From Azolla caroliniana (taxonomy: Eukaryota > Plantae > Polypodiophyta), in contig JBHGNT010000018.1 in NCBI GenBank assembly GCA_043228905.1, forward strand, positions 14,074,001-14,138,000: a stretch of 64,000 nt of DNA, in the 5' to 3' direction. This document shows, one piece after another, positions 53,001 through 64,000 of the stretch. A program made the position numbers and the translations under genes. Numbering within the stretch: the stretch's first letter is position 1; the number at the start of each line of letters is the position of its first letter. The notes under the pieces were generated by a model. The model had not been told where the DNA came from, did not search any database, and worked only from the letters and a program-made list of their open reading frames with translations.

Positions 53001-54010
53001 TCTTCTATTGATAATTTAAATCGTAAAAGCCAAGTAAATGTGGAAGACATTTGGGTGATGCTTCTTAAACATCGGATTCTGGAAACAGATGATCAGGTGT
53101 CAGGAATTATGGAGGAACTTTCCTGTGTGGATACCATTGGAGAGTTGGAAAATTCTTTGTATTCAAATGAAGATCAATCATTTTTTATTCCGGCCAATTC
53201 AGTGGATATGTATGTTGAAATTGCAACATTTCAAAATCGGATGGATATGGTTTCTCGCGTCCATACTAAATATAAGACAGTGGATCGGAAAGTTCGACAT
53301 GTAGCGGAACCATTGCCGGCTGATAGCATAGATCGGCTAAAAAGGGTGAAGGAAGAACCAATGTTACGGGATCCGAAGATGATTGGTCATGTGTTTACGG
53401 AGTCTTCGCAAGGGAAGCTTCAGATAGGAGGGGGTGATTTCCTTAATCAAGCTGAAGAAAGCCAATTTCGAAAGATGTTATCTCAACATGGTAAGGCTTT
53501 TGCTTTTTCACCTTCAGAGATAGGTTGTGTGGACCCACAACTGATGGAGCCAATGATTATCTTTACTGTCCCTCATATGCCTTGGAACTTGAAACCAATT
53601 CCTGTTCCAAGAGCTCATATTCCGAAACTCATTGAGTTGCTAAAAGAGAAGGTGCAGATGGGTATCTTGGAGCCTTCGAATGCTCCGTATTCTAACCGGT
53701 GGTTTATAGTGCCAAAAAAGAATGGATCTCTCTGGTTCATTCAAGATCTCCACCCAGTTAACAAAGTAATCATTTAGAATTTAGGAGTTGGTTCCGTCGT
53801 GGATTCCTTCGCAGAATCTTTTGCAGGTAGAGCTATCTACTCCATGGCTGATTTGTATTCCGGATATGATCAATTTCAGCTTGCTTTGGATAGTAGGGAT
53901 ATTACTACAATGCGTACACCTATTGGGCTGGTTCGAATGTGTACTTTACCACAAGGCGCAACTAATTTTGTCACTCATATGATGAACACAATGAATAAGG
54001 TGCTCAAGGA
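50003..54010 (+). mobile_element. tRNA-Trp-primed non-chromovirus-like Ty3/gypsy, 5' part (LTR 50003-50813, PBS, gag, PR, RT N-terminus)
   Basis: TGTCGT...ACGACA; PBS TGGTGAACCTAACGTGAA (50816). Gag with CLWCDNLEHQRSEC knuckle; ALIDSGSEINLM protease; RT ..YSNRWFIVPKKNGSL.FIQDL..VN, DLYSGYDQ, LPQGATN. Truncated at ~54010, so the 3' end cannot be examined. Confidence 0.88.
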
Positions 54011-56940
54011 TCAGAGCATCCTCTTCTTTATCTCCTTGTTGAGAAAGGATGCTATCGAGGGCAAAATTTGATGCGTCGGCCTCCATGATGAATGGTTTGC
54101 TTGTATCCACATGAGGTAAAATAGGTGCTGATGTAAAGGCTTTCTTAAGATGCCGAAAAGCCATGTCCGCTTCATTGGACCAAAGAAATGCTTGTCCCTT
54201 CTTCGTAAGTTGTGTGAGAGGTAAAATAATCTTCGAGTAATCCTGTAGAAACTTACAGTAGAAGTTAGCAAAACCTAGAAAACATTGTACATCTTGTACC
54301 GACCGTGGAATTTGCAACTCTAGCACAGTTTGGACTTTAGCTGGATCCATGGAGATGCCCTTTGAGGAGATAACGTAGCCTAGAAATTCCACTTGCTTGT
54401 AGTCAAAGCTACATTTTTCTAGCTTGGCATAAAGACCATTCTCGTGGAGTCAGTTTAGTACTAATAATACATGAGAATCGTGCTCTTCCTGGGTCTTCGA
54501 ATAAATCAATAGATCATCCAGATAGATGATCAAACAGATATCCAAAAGGTCTCTGAATATATCATTTGCCATGTGTTGGAAGACTGCGGGTGCATTGGTT
54601 AGACCGAACGGCATAACAATATATTCGAAATGCCCATACCGCGTGCGAAAGGCGGTCTTCCATTCATCTCCTGGTCGGATCCGCACGAGGTTATACGCTC
54701 CTCGTAGATCGATTTTTGTAAAAAACTTGGCACCATTAACTCGCTCTAAAAGACTTGATATCAGAGGAAGTACATACCTTTTCTGAATGGTGACCTTATT
54801 TAAGTTGTGGTAATCAACAACGAAATGAAATGAGCCATCTTTCTTCTTGACAAAGAAGATGGGTGCTCCAGCTGGAGATTTCGAATGACGAATAAACCCG
54901 CTTGCCAAGTTCTCCTCTATGTAGGCTAAAAGGACTTCTAACTCGGTGGGTGACAAGTTGTAGATTGGTCCCCATGGTGGCTCTGCTCCTGGTTGTAAAT
55001 TGATTGGACAATCATAGCGACCATGATGAGGAAGAGTACCGGCTTTTACCTTGTCAAATACGTCGGCATAACTATGATATTTTGCAGGAAGTTGCACTAA
55101 GGATTCCTTCTTAATATTGTTGGAAGGATGTACTGATATGGCAAATAGGAAGATTTCCTCCTTGTGTCCTTCTTCGCGTAGTTGACGTAGTGAAATGGTC
55201 GAAACTCGATGAGTAGATTCTTGGGGTTGTCGATATTGGACTTCTCTTGTTCTCCAATCTATGTCTGGATTATGTAGTTCAAACCAAGGTAATCCCAGGA
55301 CAATGGGATGCTCTGGACTACTAATTATATTAAATGATACTACACACACAAAACTACCTAGGACAACTTGAATGGGTTCTGACTCTTCTACAATATTCCT
55401 GGAAGCAATGGGACGACCATCAATGACTACTATAGATGTGGGGCAAGGAAGTTTTCTTAAGGATATCTGAGAAGCTTGGGCAAAATTTCGATCCATGAAA
55501 CAGGAATTGGCTCCGGAATCTAAAAGTGCTAGGACTTGTACTGGGGGAGTACTTTTAGTACTAACCATGACTTGGGCTACGAACACATTGCTAACTTTCT
55601 TGGAAGGAATGGAACCACTAATGGGTTGTACAGATCTAGGGCTGTCCAACCAAACGGCTCCTATTTTGGCTGGACTCAATCGTTTAACTCTTCATCTAAT
55701 TGACTAGGGATTTCAAATTTGTTTGAGATACTTGGGCTATTGGTACTATTAATACTATCAAACACTCTATTAGTACTATTAATACTATCAGACACTCCTA
55801 AGGGAAGAATTGACTCGGGTTTAGTACAGGCTACAATTTGATTTACCGGTCTTCTTGGCCTATGGAGACAATTGATTGCGATATGCCCTGGTCCACCGCA
55901 ATAAAGACATAATCGATTTGCACGGCATCGTTGCTTTTCTTCTTCCGATAACGGGCCACGTCAACGCATGGTGTCAATCTCCATTGGCGTCGCAGTATTT
56001 GCTTGAGGTACCTCGCATGCGAACGCTTTACCCATGACTCAGGCATATGTGGGCTCCAACCTAGAGCGTGGTATTTGTAATTGACGTTCAAAACGTCGTT
56101 CGAAAAGGCAGTTGTCACATCGGACCGCTCAACTGATTGCCTCCGTAAGAGATTTTGGTTCTTCGGGGAAGGTTAAAAGTAAATCTTTTACATCGTTTCG
56201 CAAGCTATAGCGAAACTGCTCCATTAGTGCCTGATCATCCCAGGGGATATCTGAGGCGAGTAGACGGAAATCCGCCACGTAGGCAGAGGCTGGACGATCG
56301 CCTTGACGCAATCGTCAGATCTGGTTGATCGTCGTCCTGATGTTGTCAGTGTCTCCAAAGCAGGCTTTAAACTCACTAATAAAATCTTCAAAGTTATTAA
56401 GCAAGGGCGATTGTTTTTCTAGAAGCGATGCCTATTAGGCCAACTCTGGATGCATCAGTGGGGTATCGAGAAGGATGCATTTGGATGACTAATCGTACCT
56501 GATTAAGGAATCCCCTGAATTGCGATCGCATTCCATCAAATTTCACAGGAAGTCCAATCTTCATCTCTTTATGAAATCCTTCGGGACTTAATCCTTGTGG
56601 TTGCAATGCTGCTTCGAGTTGTTGTACCCGTAACGCTAACTCCCCATGTTGTTGCTACGTTTGTTGTTTTTCTAGAGCGATTTGTTGCAGATCCCCTATC
56701 AACCGTTGGTTTTCTTGTTCCAAGGCAACAAATTTTTCTTTTAGGCATTGTAGCTCGGAGAAAACGGATTGATATTCTTGGGCGCTAACTGTAGCCATAG
56801 TATAGGGAAAAGGGTAGGAGGATGAGGGAGAACAACAAGTAGGCTTGAGGAGAAAATTGGTTCAAACTGTCAGGAATAGTACTAAAGCAGAGAGAGAATT
56901 AATACTAAAGAAGAGAAGTACTATTAGTACTAAGAGGACG
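54011..56940 (-). mobile_element. Tcn1/Sushi-like chromovirus (LTR end, gag, PR, RT, RH start); inverted sibling of 40806-43590
   Basis: ORF 54450-55679 with ALLDSGA, SPAGAPIFFVKKKDGS, TAFRTRYGHFEY.VMPFGL, YLDD; near-identical gag/PR to 41300-43130. Confidence 0.93.
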
Positions 56941-57648
56941 AAATCTTTGTTCTCAGGTGTTGCATCATTAGCTCTTTCAACATAACTCCAGTAACCGTGC
57001 CCGAGCAAGTATTAGTGCATCTTGTACGACCAAGATGCATAGTTGCTCCAATCGAGCTTTCCACTCGGAAGCAAGCTTCCCATTCCTTTATCCATGTTCC
57101 TGACTTTCCTTTTCCGAAAAACGAGAAACTTGACTCTGTCTTGTGCGCTTGCTTTTCTGTCGGCTGTAGAGGAGTCTCAACCCTCGTGCTTTGATACCAT
57201 GAAAAAGAATACGTGTGTGGAAGCGTTTGCCATAGACACTGACTGAGTACACAATTGGTTTCGGAAACTCGACAGTTAGGTAAACACAGAGAATGGTGTA
57301 TGAGAGAGAGAAAGAGAGCAAACACCTCTCTACATATACTTATATGCCTTAACCACTAAGCTACTACAAGCTACTTATTATTATTATTAGTATTATTATT
57401 CAAATAATGAACACTATACATACGTTGTGCTCAATGAGCACTTTTTATACATGCACTTGACGAGTGGGTTGACACAAGTACCATCAGTACTTGAATGCCC
57501 ATAAATGAGCCTGACACTAAATCTGTCTACAATATTCCTATTTACTATAGTAGGAATATAGATCTCGGAAACCTTCCTACTCAGACCATGGTTCTCGGTT
57601 CTCGACTTCTTCAGCTGAATAGGCCCATGTTGAGTTTGTCTCTCAACA
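56941..57648 (-). mobile_element. Copia (second family) 5' LTR 57200-57648, PBS and gag start
   Basis: TGGTATCAAAG at 57189-57199; gag EKLDWSNYASWSYKMH. Confidence 0.8.
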
Positions 57649-57724
57649 CCACCTTCGGTCCAGGATGGGGACGTTTATGCCTTAGTTCATCACTCACTCG
57701 CCATTTGTCGAGTTGTTTCTAACA

Positions 57725-59377
57725 CACTCCACGTTATTCCCCACAAGTATAAAGACTTCTCCGATGTATTTGAGAAACATAATGCAGATCGTTTGCCCGA
57801 ACACCGGCTCTACAACTGTCCGGTCGATCTTCAAGAAGGCGTGTGTCCACCCTTTGGTTCTCTATATGCGTTGTCTGCACTAGAGCTATGGGCCCTTCGA
57901 GTGTATCTCGATGAGAACCTTGCGAAAGGATTTATTCAACCTTCTAAGTCGCCAGGTGGGGCCCCCATATTATTTGTGAAGAAGATGGACTGCCCTCTAC
58001 GCTTATGTGTCGACTACTAGGGTTTCAACAAACTCACTGTGTGCAACTACTATCCGCTCCCTCTGATTCCCGAACTCCTCGACCGGCTCCGCGTTGCACG
58101 TGTCTGAACTCCAAAGTTTATCTACGTGATGCATACAATCTAGTACGCATCAAGCCCGATGATGAATGGAAAAGCGCATTCCAAACACGGTATGAGAATT
58201 TCGAATGCAAGGTAATGCCTTTCGGCCTTACTAATGCCCTGACTATTTTTCAATATATGATGTTCAACGATATAATCCGAGAATATCTCGATCATTTCAT
58301 GGTCATCTACCTTGATGATATTCTCATTTTTTTTGCCAAACATGGCGGAGCACACCCGTCACATCCGATTAGTTCTTGCTAAACTTCGGGAGCACAACCT
58401 TTATGCCAAAAGTTAGAAATGTGAATTTGATCGTACCTCGATTGAATTGTTGGGGTACATCACATCATTGATGCCTTTGAAGAATGGCGCCCCTACTTGG
58501 CTGGTGCACCCTTCCGTGTCAACTTACTTTCACTTAGAGCGGAATGTGCCTACAATAATTCTCTCCATGCATCGACTGGCGTCACTCCCTTCTTTGCAAA
58601 CTATGGTTTACATCCTCGGTTCAACATTTCCCTCCCTACCATCCCGTCGCCTTCTAGCTGGCCCTTCCATCCCACATCCAGATTCATGATGTTTTTCATG
58701 TCTCCCTCCTCGAACCCCATTACGCTTCGCAACTCCTAGGACACCAAGGCCCCACACCACCACATGTACAGTTGATGATAGGGGAGGAATACGAGGTCGA
58801 CCAAATACTTGACTCACGTCTGGACTCTGCACCGTCGACACCTGCAATACCTCGTCTTGTGGAAGTATTACCCCCTGTTTGATGCCACTTGGGAACTAGC
58901 GAAGAATTTACAAAACGCCCCGAAGGTGGTCCAAGATTTTCATCTCTGGTATCCCCACAAACCGACAACTGGTTTGGGAAGGCGGCATAGGAGGGGGGAT
59001 AATGTCACATCTAGACTCGGACCTCTAACCAATAACACACCCAATACTTAGTATTAGATAAACCATTTGGAAACCCTTAAGTTACATGTAAATTGTATAT
59101 GGTTTAATATTGTATAGTCTAGCATATATAGTACATTCAGAATATTCTAGTCTTTAGTATATTCTAGAAATATTCTATGATATATTCTAGACGGGTATAT
59201 TCTAGAGATATTTCTCGAGTATACTCTAGAGATATTCAATCTCAGAACTTGTATAAATATGTGTGTTCACCTAGATTACAATCAAGGTGAACAACACCAG
59301 TTATGGAGTCTTTCAATTAATCAACTCATCCCTTTGATTATCTTCTACTCTCTGGTGCATATTTTCTATCCATGACA
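57725..59377 (+). mobile_element. Heavily deleted Tcn1-like chromovirus 3' part (RT, RH/INT snippets, chromodomain, PPT, LTR 59003-59377)
   Basis: [12 protein letters not shown]; VMPFGL; YLDD; EYEVDQILDSR...YLVLWKYY..DATWE; GGAGGGGGGA PPT; TGTCA...TGACA. Confidence 0.85.
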
Positions 59378-59857
59378 CCAGTCGGCCGATTAAATACTCG
59401 ACAAAATTGAGAACCTATTGAGGAACAAAGAGAACCGGGAGAAAGGAGACAGTCGACCGAACAAGAATCCGACTCAGACAAAGAGCCGACCGAAGAGGTC
59501 GAACAAGAGTCGACTACGTCAAATGAAAGACGAAGAGAGAAGCCACCCTCCCCCCCCCCAGATTTCCGGATAAAGAATATGTGTTGCTAATCGATGAGGG
59601 GGAGTCGGAAAGCTTCAAGGAAGCTAAGAAAGATACCCACAGCTGAAAGTGGTTGAGTGCCATGCAAGACGAAATGGACTCCTTGCATTAAGACCACACG
59701 TATGAACTAACTAAGTTGCAGAAAGGAAAGAAGGCACTCCGAAATAAGTGGGTATTCAAGTTAAAACAGGGAGATGGCGGAAATCCACCTAGATACAAAA
59801 CCAAAATCGTTGTGAAAGGCTTTCAGCAGAAGAAGGGTGTCGATTTCAACGAAACTC
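59378..59857 (+). mobile_element. Tork-like copia RT fragment
   Basis: KKALRNKWVFKLKQGDGGNPPRYK..VVKGFQQKKGVDFNE, same family as 14704-15153. Confidence 0.85.
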
Positions 59858-60524
59858 TGGTTGCTTTTGAAGGTTTTGCTTCTAAACCACATGTACCAGA
59901 GTGAATTCTCAATGTTAAAACGAAACATTTGCATTCTAAAATAATCCAAGAATTTTGAATTAAATGGATGGACTAGTCTATAAGAGATGCTACATGGGAA
60001 TGAGAAAATACTCTTAAAACTAACTTCCCTAACATTTCATTGCAAGAGTGCAATGTTTTAAAGAGGAGGAATATGTTACGAGCACGACCATATAATATCC
60101 CGTGGTAAGTTGTACCGTAGTATTCTACACATGAGGATAACTTGTGAGGGTTAACCAAGAGTGTAAAGAAGGGAGGATTACTTTCAATCCTAGGGATCAA
60201 GACAACCCATTAAGGCAAAGTGTGAACTTGTCTGGGGGCCTTAGGTTTGGCTATAAATATGAGGCCTACCTACCGTCATTTGATACATATTTGACTATGT
60301 CGAGACTCTAAACTTGTAGTGATCAACTCTTGTAGGGGGTGCGTCAGTACCAAGTACGACTCGGTGCCATGTCGATGGTATGGGACACTAATCGAGGCTC
60401 GAGTCCGTCTCGATCCCGTCGCTCGAGTGTGGTCGGGTGGATCGGCACCTTCTTTCTCTCTCTTCTCTATATACCTATATGTTATTTCCTTATCACATGC
60501 TTACATTAAGATTAAGCTCTAACA
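59858..60524 (+). mobile_element. iMet-chromovirus 3' end (chromodomain, PPT, LTR 60074-60524)
   Basis: IKWMD..DATWE remnant; AAGAGGAGGA PPT; LTR homologous to 6822-7279. Confidence 0.85.
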
Positions 60525-60836
60525 ATACACTCTCAATGAGAGCCAACAAAACCAAAAACTAAGAGGGAGTAAGATATCACTCTCCAATGCTTTTCTTGTA
60601 TAGTTCTCCAACAAAGTTAGTGAGGATTTTTAATTCAAAAGTTGCATCCAAATTCCCCTACTTTTCTTAAATGCGTGCTCTAACAAAAAAGATTTAGTGA
60701 TGTGGCATTTGATTAAGCAATGGTCACACACTTGAGCTTGTTAGATTTCTAACACTAATTGTATGCCTAATATTGTAACATTGATAACATATCACAAATA
60801 TGCATTCTTACTTCCAACTAGTTGACCATGCAAGAC

Positions 60837-62914
60837 TGTGAAATGTTAAGTGCGGAAGCTATACGAAACACAGAATACCGATAGAGAAAAAACAGGTTTA
60901 ATGGAGAGCTTAAGACACAATGTACGCGAGAGAGACAGAGAGGGAAAAACACACAGAAAAAAACTAAATTCAAAATAATGTGTAAAACTTTGTACATAGA
61001 ATGTACTCAGAGAGCACTTTTATACACGTCCATACGGACTAACAGAAGTATTGACACGTACTTCAATGCTCGTAACTGAGCTCCTACACTAACTCCCAAA
61101 TATATTCCCTCGCAGAATATCTATTCAACGGCCTCCCAGTTTCTGCACCAATCTGGCCTCTTGTTGCGCACCGGTTTGTGCACCAGTTTACGCACCGATC
61201 CGGCCTAACCGATCGGTCCAAACCGATCCGGTTCTCGGCTTGCATAGCCGATCTAGCCAATGTTGAGCTTGTATCTCAACACACCCCCTCAAGCTCAACT
61301 TGAGGCTCTTTCGGTCCTTCGCTCCGGTTTCTCTTGACTTCACGCCTAGCTCGCGCTCCTCGACCCATTCGATTCTGCGCACCTCGACCCTTACGGTTGG
61401 CTTGTCTGCTCGTACGACCTTTTCTAGCTACCCTTTCTTCCGCTTGGCCTTCAGTTGATTCGGCGTCTTCGAATCAAACATCCGAGCCGAACCGGCGGCC
61501 TCCGATTCGTCTCCGCTTTTGTCTGAATTGGTTGTCTCCAATTCGTCCTCAATCTTGTCCTTCTCGCCTTTGTCGGCTTCATCTCCCCCATGCTTGGCTA
61601 GCTCCGGCTCTTTCTATCAGTTGCTGCCCTCTCGTCCGCTTTTGAACTCTTCCGCAGATTCGGCTTCGACTTCGTTAGCCAACACTAAATCGAATGTGTC
61701 ATCCGATTTGGTGTCGCGGTCACTTCTGCTCCTTACCTGCACCTTTCCATGGTCTTGCGGGACTTTTCTCCCCCTCAAGTTTGGCACGTCGAGGTGCCGC
61801 AACCCAAGCGCACCCGAGAATTGCCGCAACTTGTCTTGACCAAGGGGCTTGGTGAAGATGTCTTGTCGCAACTTGTCTTGACCAAGAATGCTCTGAACTT
61901 TGACGCCAATCCTCTGAGGCCGATCTGCACCATTTCACCCTCCTCAACGTTCACATCGATGGAGGCGGAATCGCAGAAATCCTTTATCTTGGAGGTGTAG
62001 TCAGCCACTGTCATGTCGCGTTGACGCACATTGCTCAACTCTTGTCGGAGTTGGAGCTTCCTGGTTGTGGTGCTTGCAACGAAAATCTTTTTCAGATTTC
62101 CCCAAGCATCCTTCGGCGTTCTTGCATCCTGAATGTAGCTCAAGAGTTGTTCGCTCACACAGGACGTGAAGCAGTAGAGAACTCTGCTTGTTGACTGTTC
62201 CCAAGCCGAGAAGTCTATGTGTGTGGATTCCGGTGCTACATCATTCGCTCCATCAACATAGCTCCAGTATCCATGTCCAAGCAGGTACTGGTGCATCTTG
62301 TACGACCAAGATGCATAGTTACTTCTGTCGAGCTTCTCAGTTGGAAGCGAACTAGCCATACCTCTATCCATTTTTTATCTTTTCGTTCTTCACCGAGATT
62401 AGGTTTTTTTTGTTTTTGTTTCAAGCTGAAGTCAATTGCAAAGGTTCTCAACCCTCGCACTTTGATACCATGTGAAATGTTAAGTGCGAAAGCTATCAAA
62501 ACACAGAATACCAATAGAGAAAAAACAGGTTTAATGGAGAGCTTAAGACACAATGTACGCGGGAGAGACAGAGAGGGAAAAACACACAGAAAAAAACTAA
62601 ATTCAAAATAATGTGTAAAACTCTGTACATAGGATGTGCTAAGAGAGCACTTTTATACACGTCCATACGGACTGATAGAAGTACTGACACGTACTTCAAT
62701 GCTCATAACTGAGCTCCTACACTAACTCCCAAATATATTCCCTCGCGGAATATCTGTTCAACGGCCTCCCGGTTTCCGCACCGATCCGGCCTCTTGTTGC
62801 GCACCGGTTTGCGCACCAATTTATGCACCTATCCGGCCTAACCGATCGGTCCAAACCGATCCGGTTCTCGGCTTGCACAGCCGATCTGGCCAATGTTGAG
62901 CTTGTATCTCAACA
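60837..62914 (-). mobile_element. Complete-bordered non-autonomous copia derivative (2078 bp; LTRs 60837-61281 and 62471-62914; gag fused to RH tail)
   Basis: Perfect 5-bp TSD AAGAC/AAGAC; iMet PBS; PPT TTGAGGGGGTG; gag ORF 61775-62371; almost all pol deleted. Confidence 0.93.
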
Positions 62915-63810
62915 AAGACGATATATAGTGTGGCTAAGAAAGCTTCTAAGGGAAATCTTGCATAAGAAGTTACAATGGATCATTCAAGTGGTAGAATACT
63001 AGCGAAGAGGATAAAAGATTGAATCGAATGATGGGAGATTTTATGCAATTGAATGATGTAGGGGTTTGGAAAATCGAAGGAGGTGAGAACTCACAAGCAA
63101 ACAATGCAAGAGTTGGGGAAACCATACGATGTGAAAGTTCACTATATGAAGACAAAGTCAGAGGATATAGGATTTATTTATATAAATGTTGAAGCAAATA
63201 GTATTTGGGTAAAGCATTTGAGGGGTGTTTGGATGTATTGTAAGGATGTGGATAAGATGTGTGATTTCTGTGGATTAGAAATGGAGTCTCTTCATCACCT
63301 ATTATGGTCCTATAAGGATGCTAAATTGGTTTAGAAAAGGTTTTTGCATCTCTTGCATGAAGTATATGGCTCTAGAGCATATAAATGGGGGGGAGTGATG
63401 TGGGTTGATATTAAGAGTGAGCTACAAGATTATGAAAAAGAAAAGGTTAGCTTTGCATTGTATACAAGAGGTCGATATGTTGAGGAAGTGTCGCCATATT
63501 CAATACAAAATGGGGTGGTTTGGGAGACGATTAGTTCAATAGTCTTATGAGTTTTTTGGACTAGTTGATGTCAAAGGATATTTCAGGAAATTCAATCGAA
63601 TGATGTGGATGTAGTCAAGGAGATTTGGTTGACTTTGGTGCATTCACTAAAATGAGAATATGATGCTATCAAGGGTGTTTAGATAGTAGGCTTTCGAAAG
63701 GAAGAGGTTTTTAAGAAGATGTGGGAAAGGATGAATGTCTTATTCATGGATAATGGTTGTATATGTTGGGGGTATCAACCACCTCTCTAGGTATTTCCTC
63801 CACTGACATG
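62915..63810 (+). mobile_element. L1-type LINE 3' fragment (zf-RVT)
   Basis: CDFCGLEMESLHHLLWS; YKWGGVMW; VWETISSIVL; WGYQPP, colinear with 34585-35385. Confidence 0.8.
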
Positions 63811-64000
63811 AAGCATATGGCCATGTAGAACTGTTCTTGGCAATGCTTTGGGAGATATGTATGTCTGTGGCAACCTAAGAGCAATTGAAAAGGTAAAAAT
63901 ATGAGTTGAAGTATCATGTAAATCACTTTAGACATAATATAAACCATTGTTGGCAAAAAAAACACTTAAAGGGGGAGTGCATGTTATGCACCAGCCACCA

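Noticed and set aside
47632-57648. One copia element spanning the LTRs at 47632 and 57200
   Set aside because: The LTRs are clearly divergent and the flanks (GAAGA vs CCACC) give no TSD.

Overview
AT-rich land-plant genomic DNA, most likely a fern (inferred from PLS-type PPR debris, Tcn1-like self-primed chromoviruses and the TE mix). One intact host gene: a 5-exon beta-expansin (EXPB, + strand, 22050-24283, 294 aa) in a TE-poor island (~19.4-26.5 kb). The rest is nested, decayed retroelements: Tcn1/Sushi-like chromoviruses, an iMet-primed chromovirus, a tRNA-Trp-primed Ty3/gypsy family (one gag-pol copy and two pol-less derivatives), two Ty1/copia families, LINE 3' ends and a PPR pseudogene. 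The most striking unexplained pattern is that LTRs of two unrelated gypsy lineages carry a tRNA-derived Pol III (A box/B box) module near the outer U3 edge, mostly antisense and pointing out of the element. In the Tcn1-like LTRs it is followed by heat-shock-element arrays, a TATA box and an 11-nt self-primer. All calls come from reading the sequence by eye; no database searches were run.
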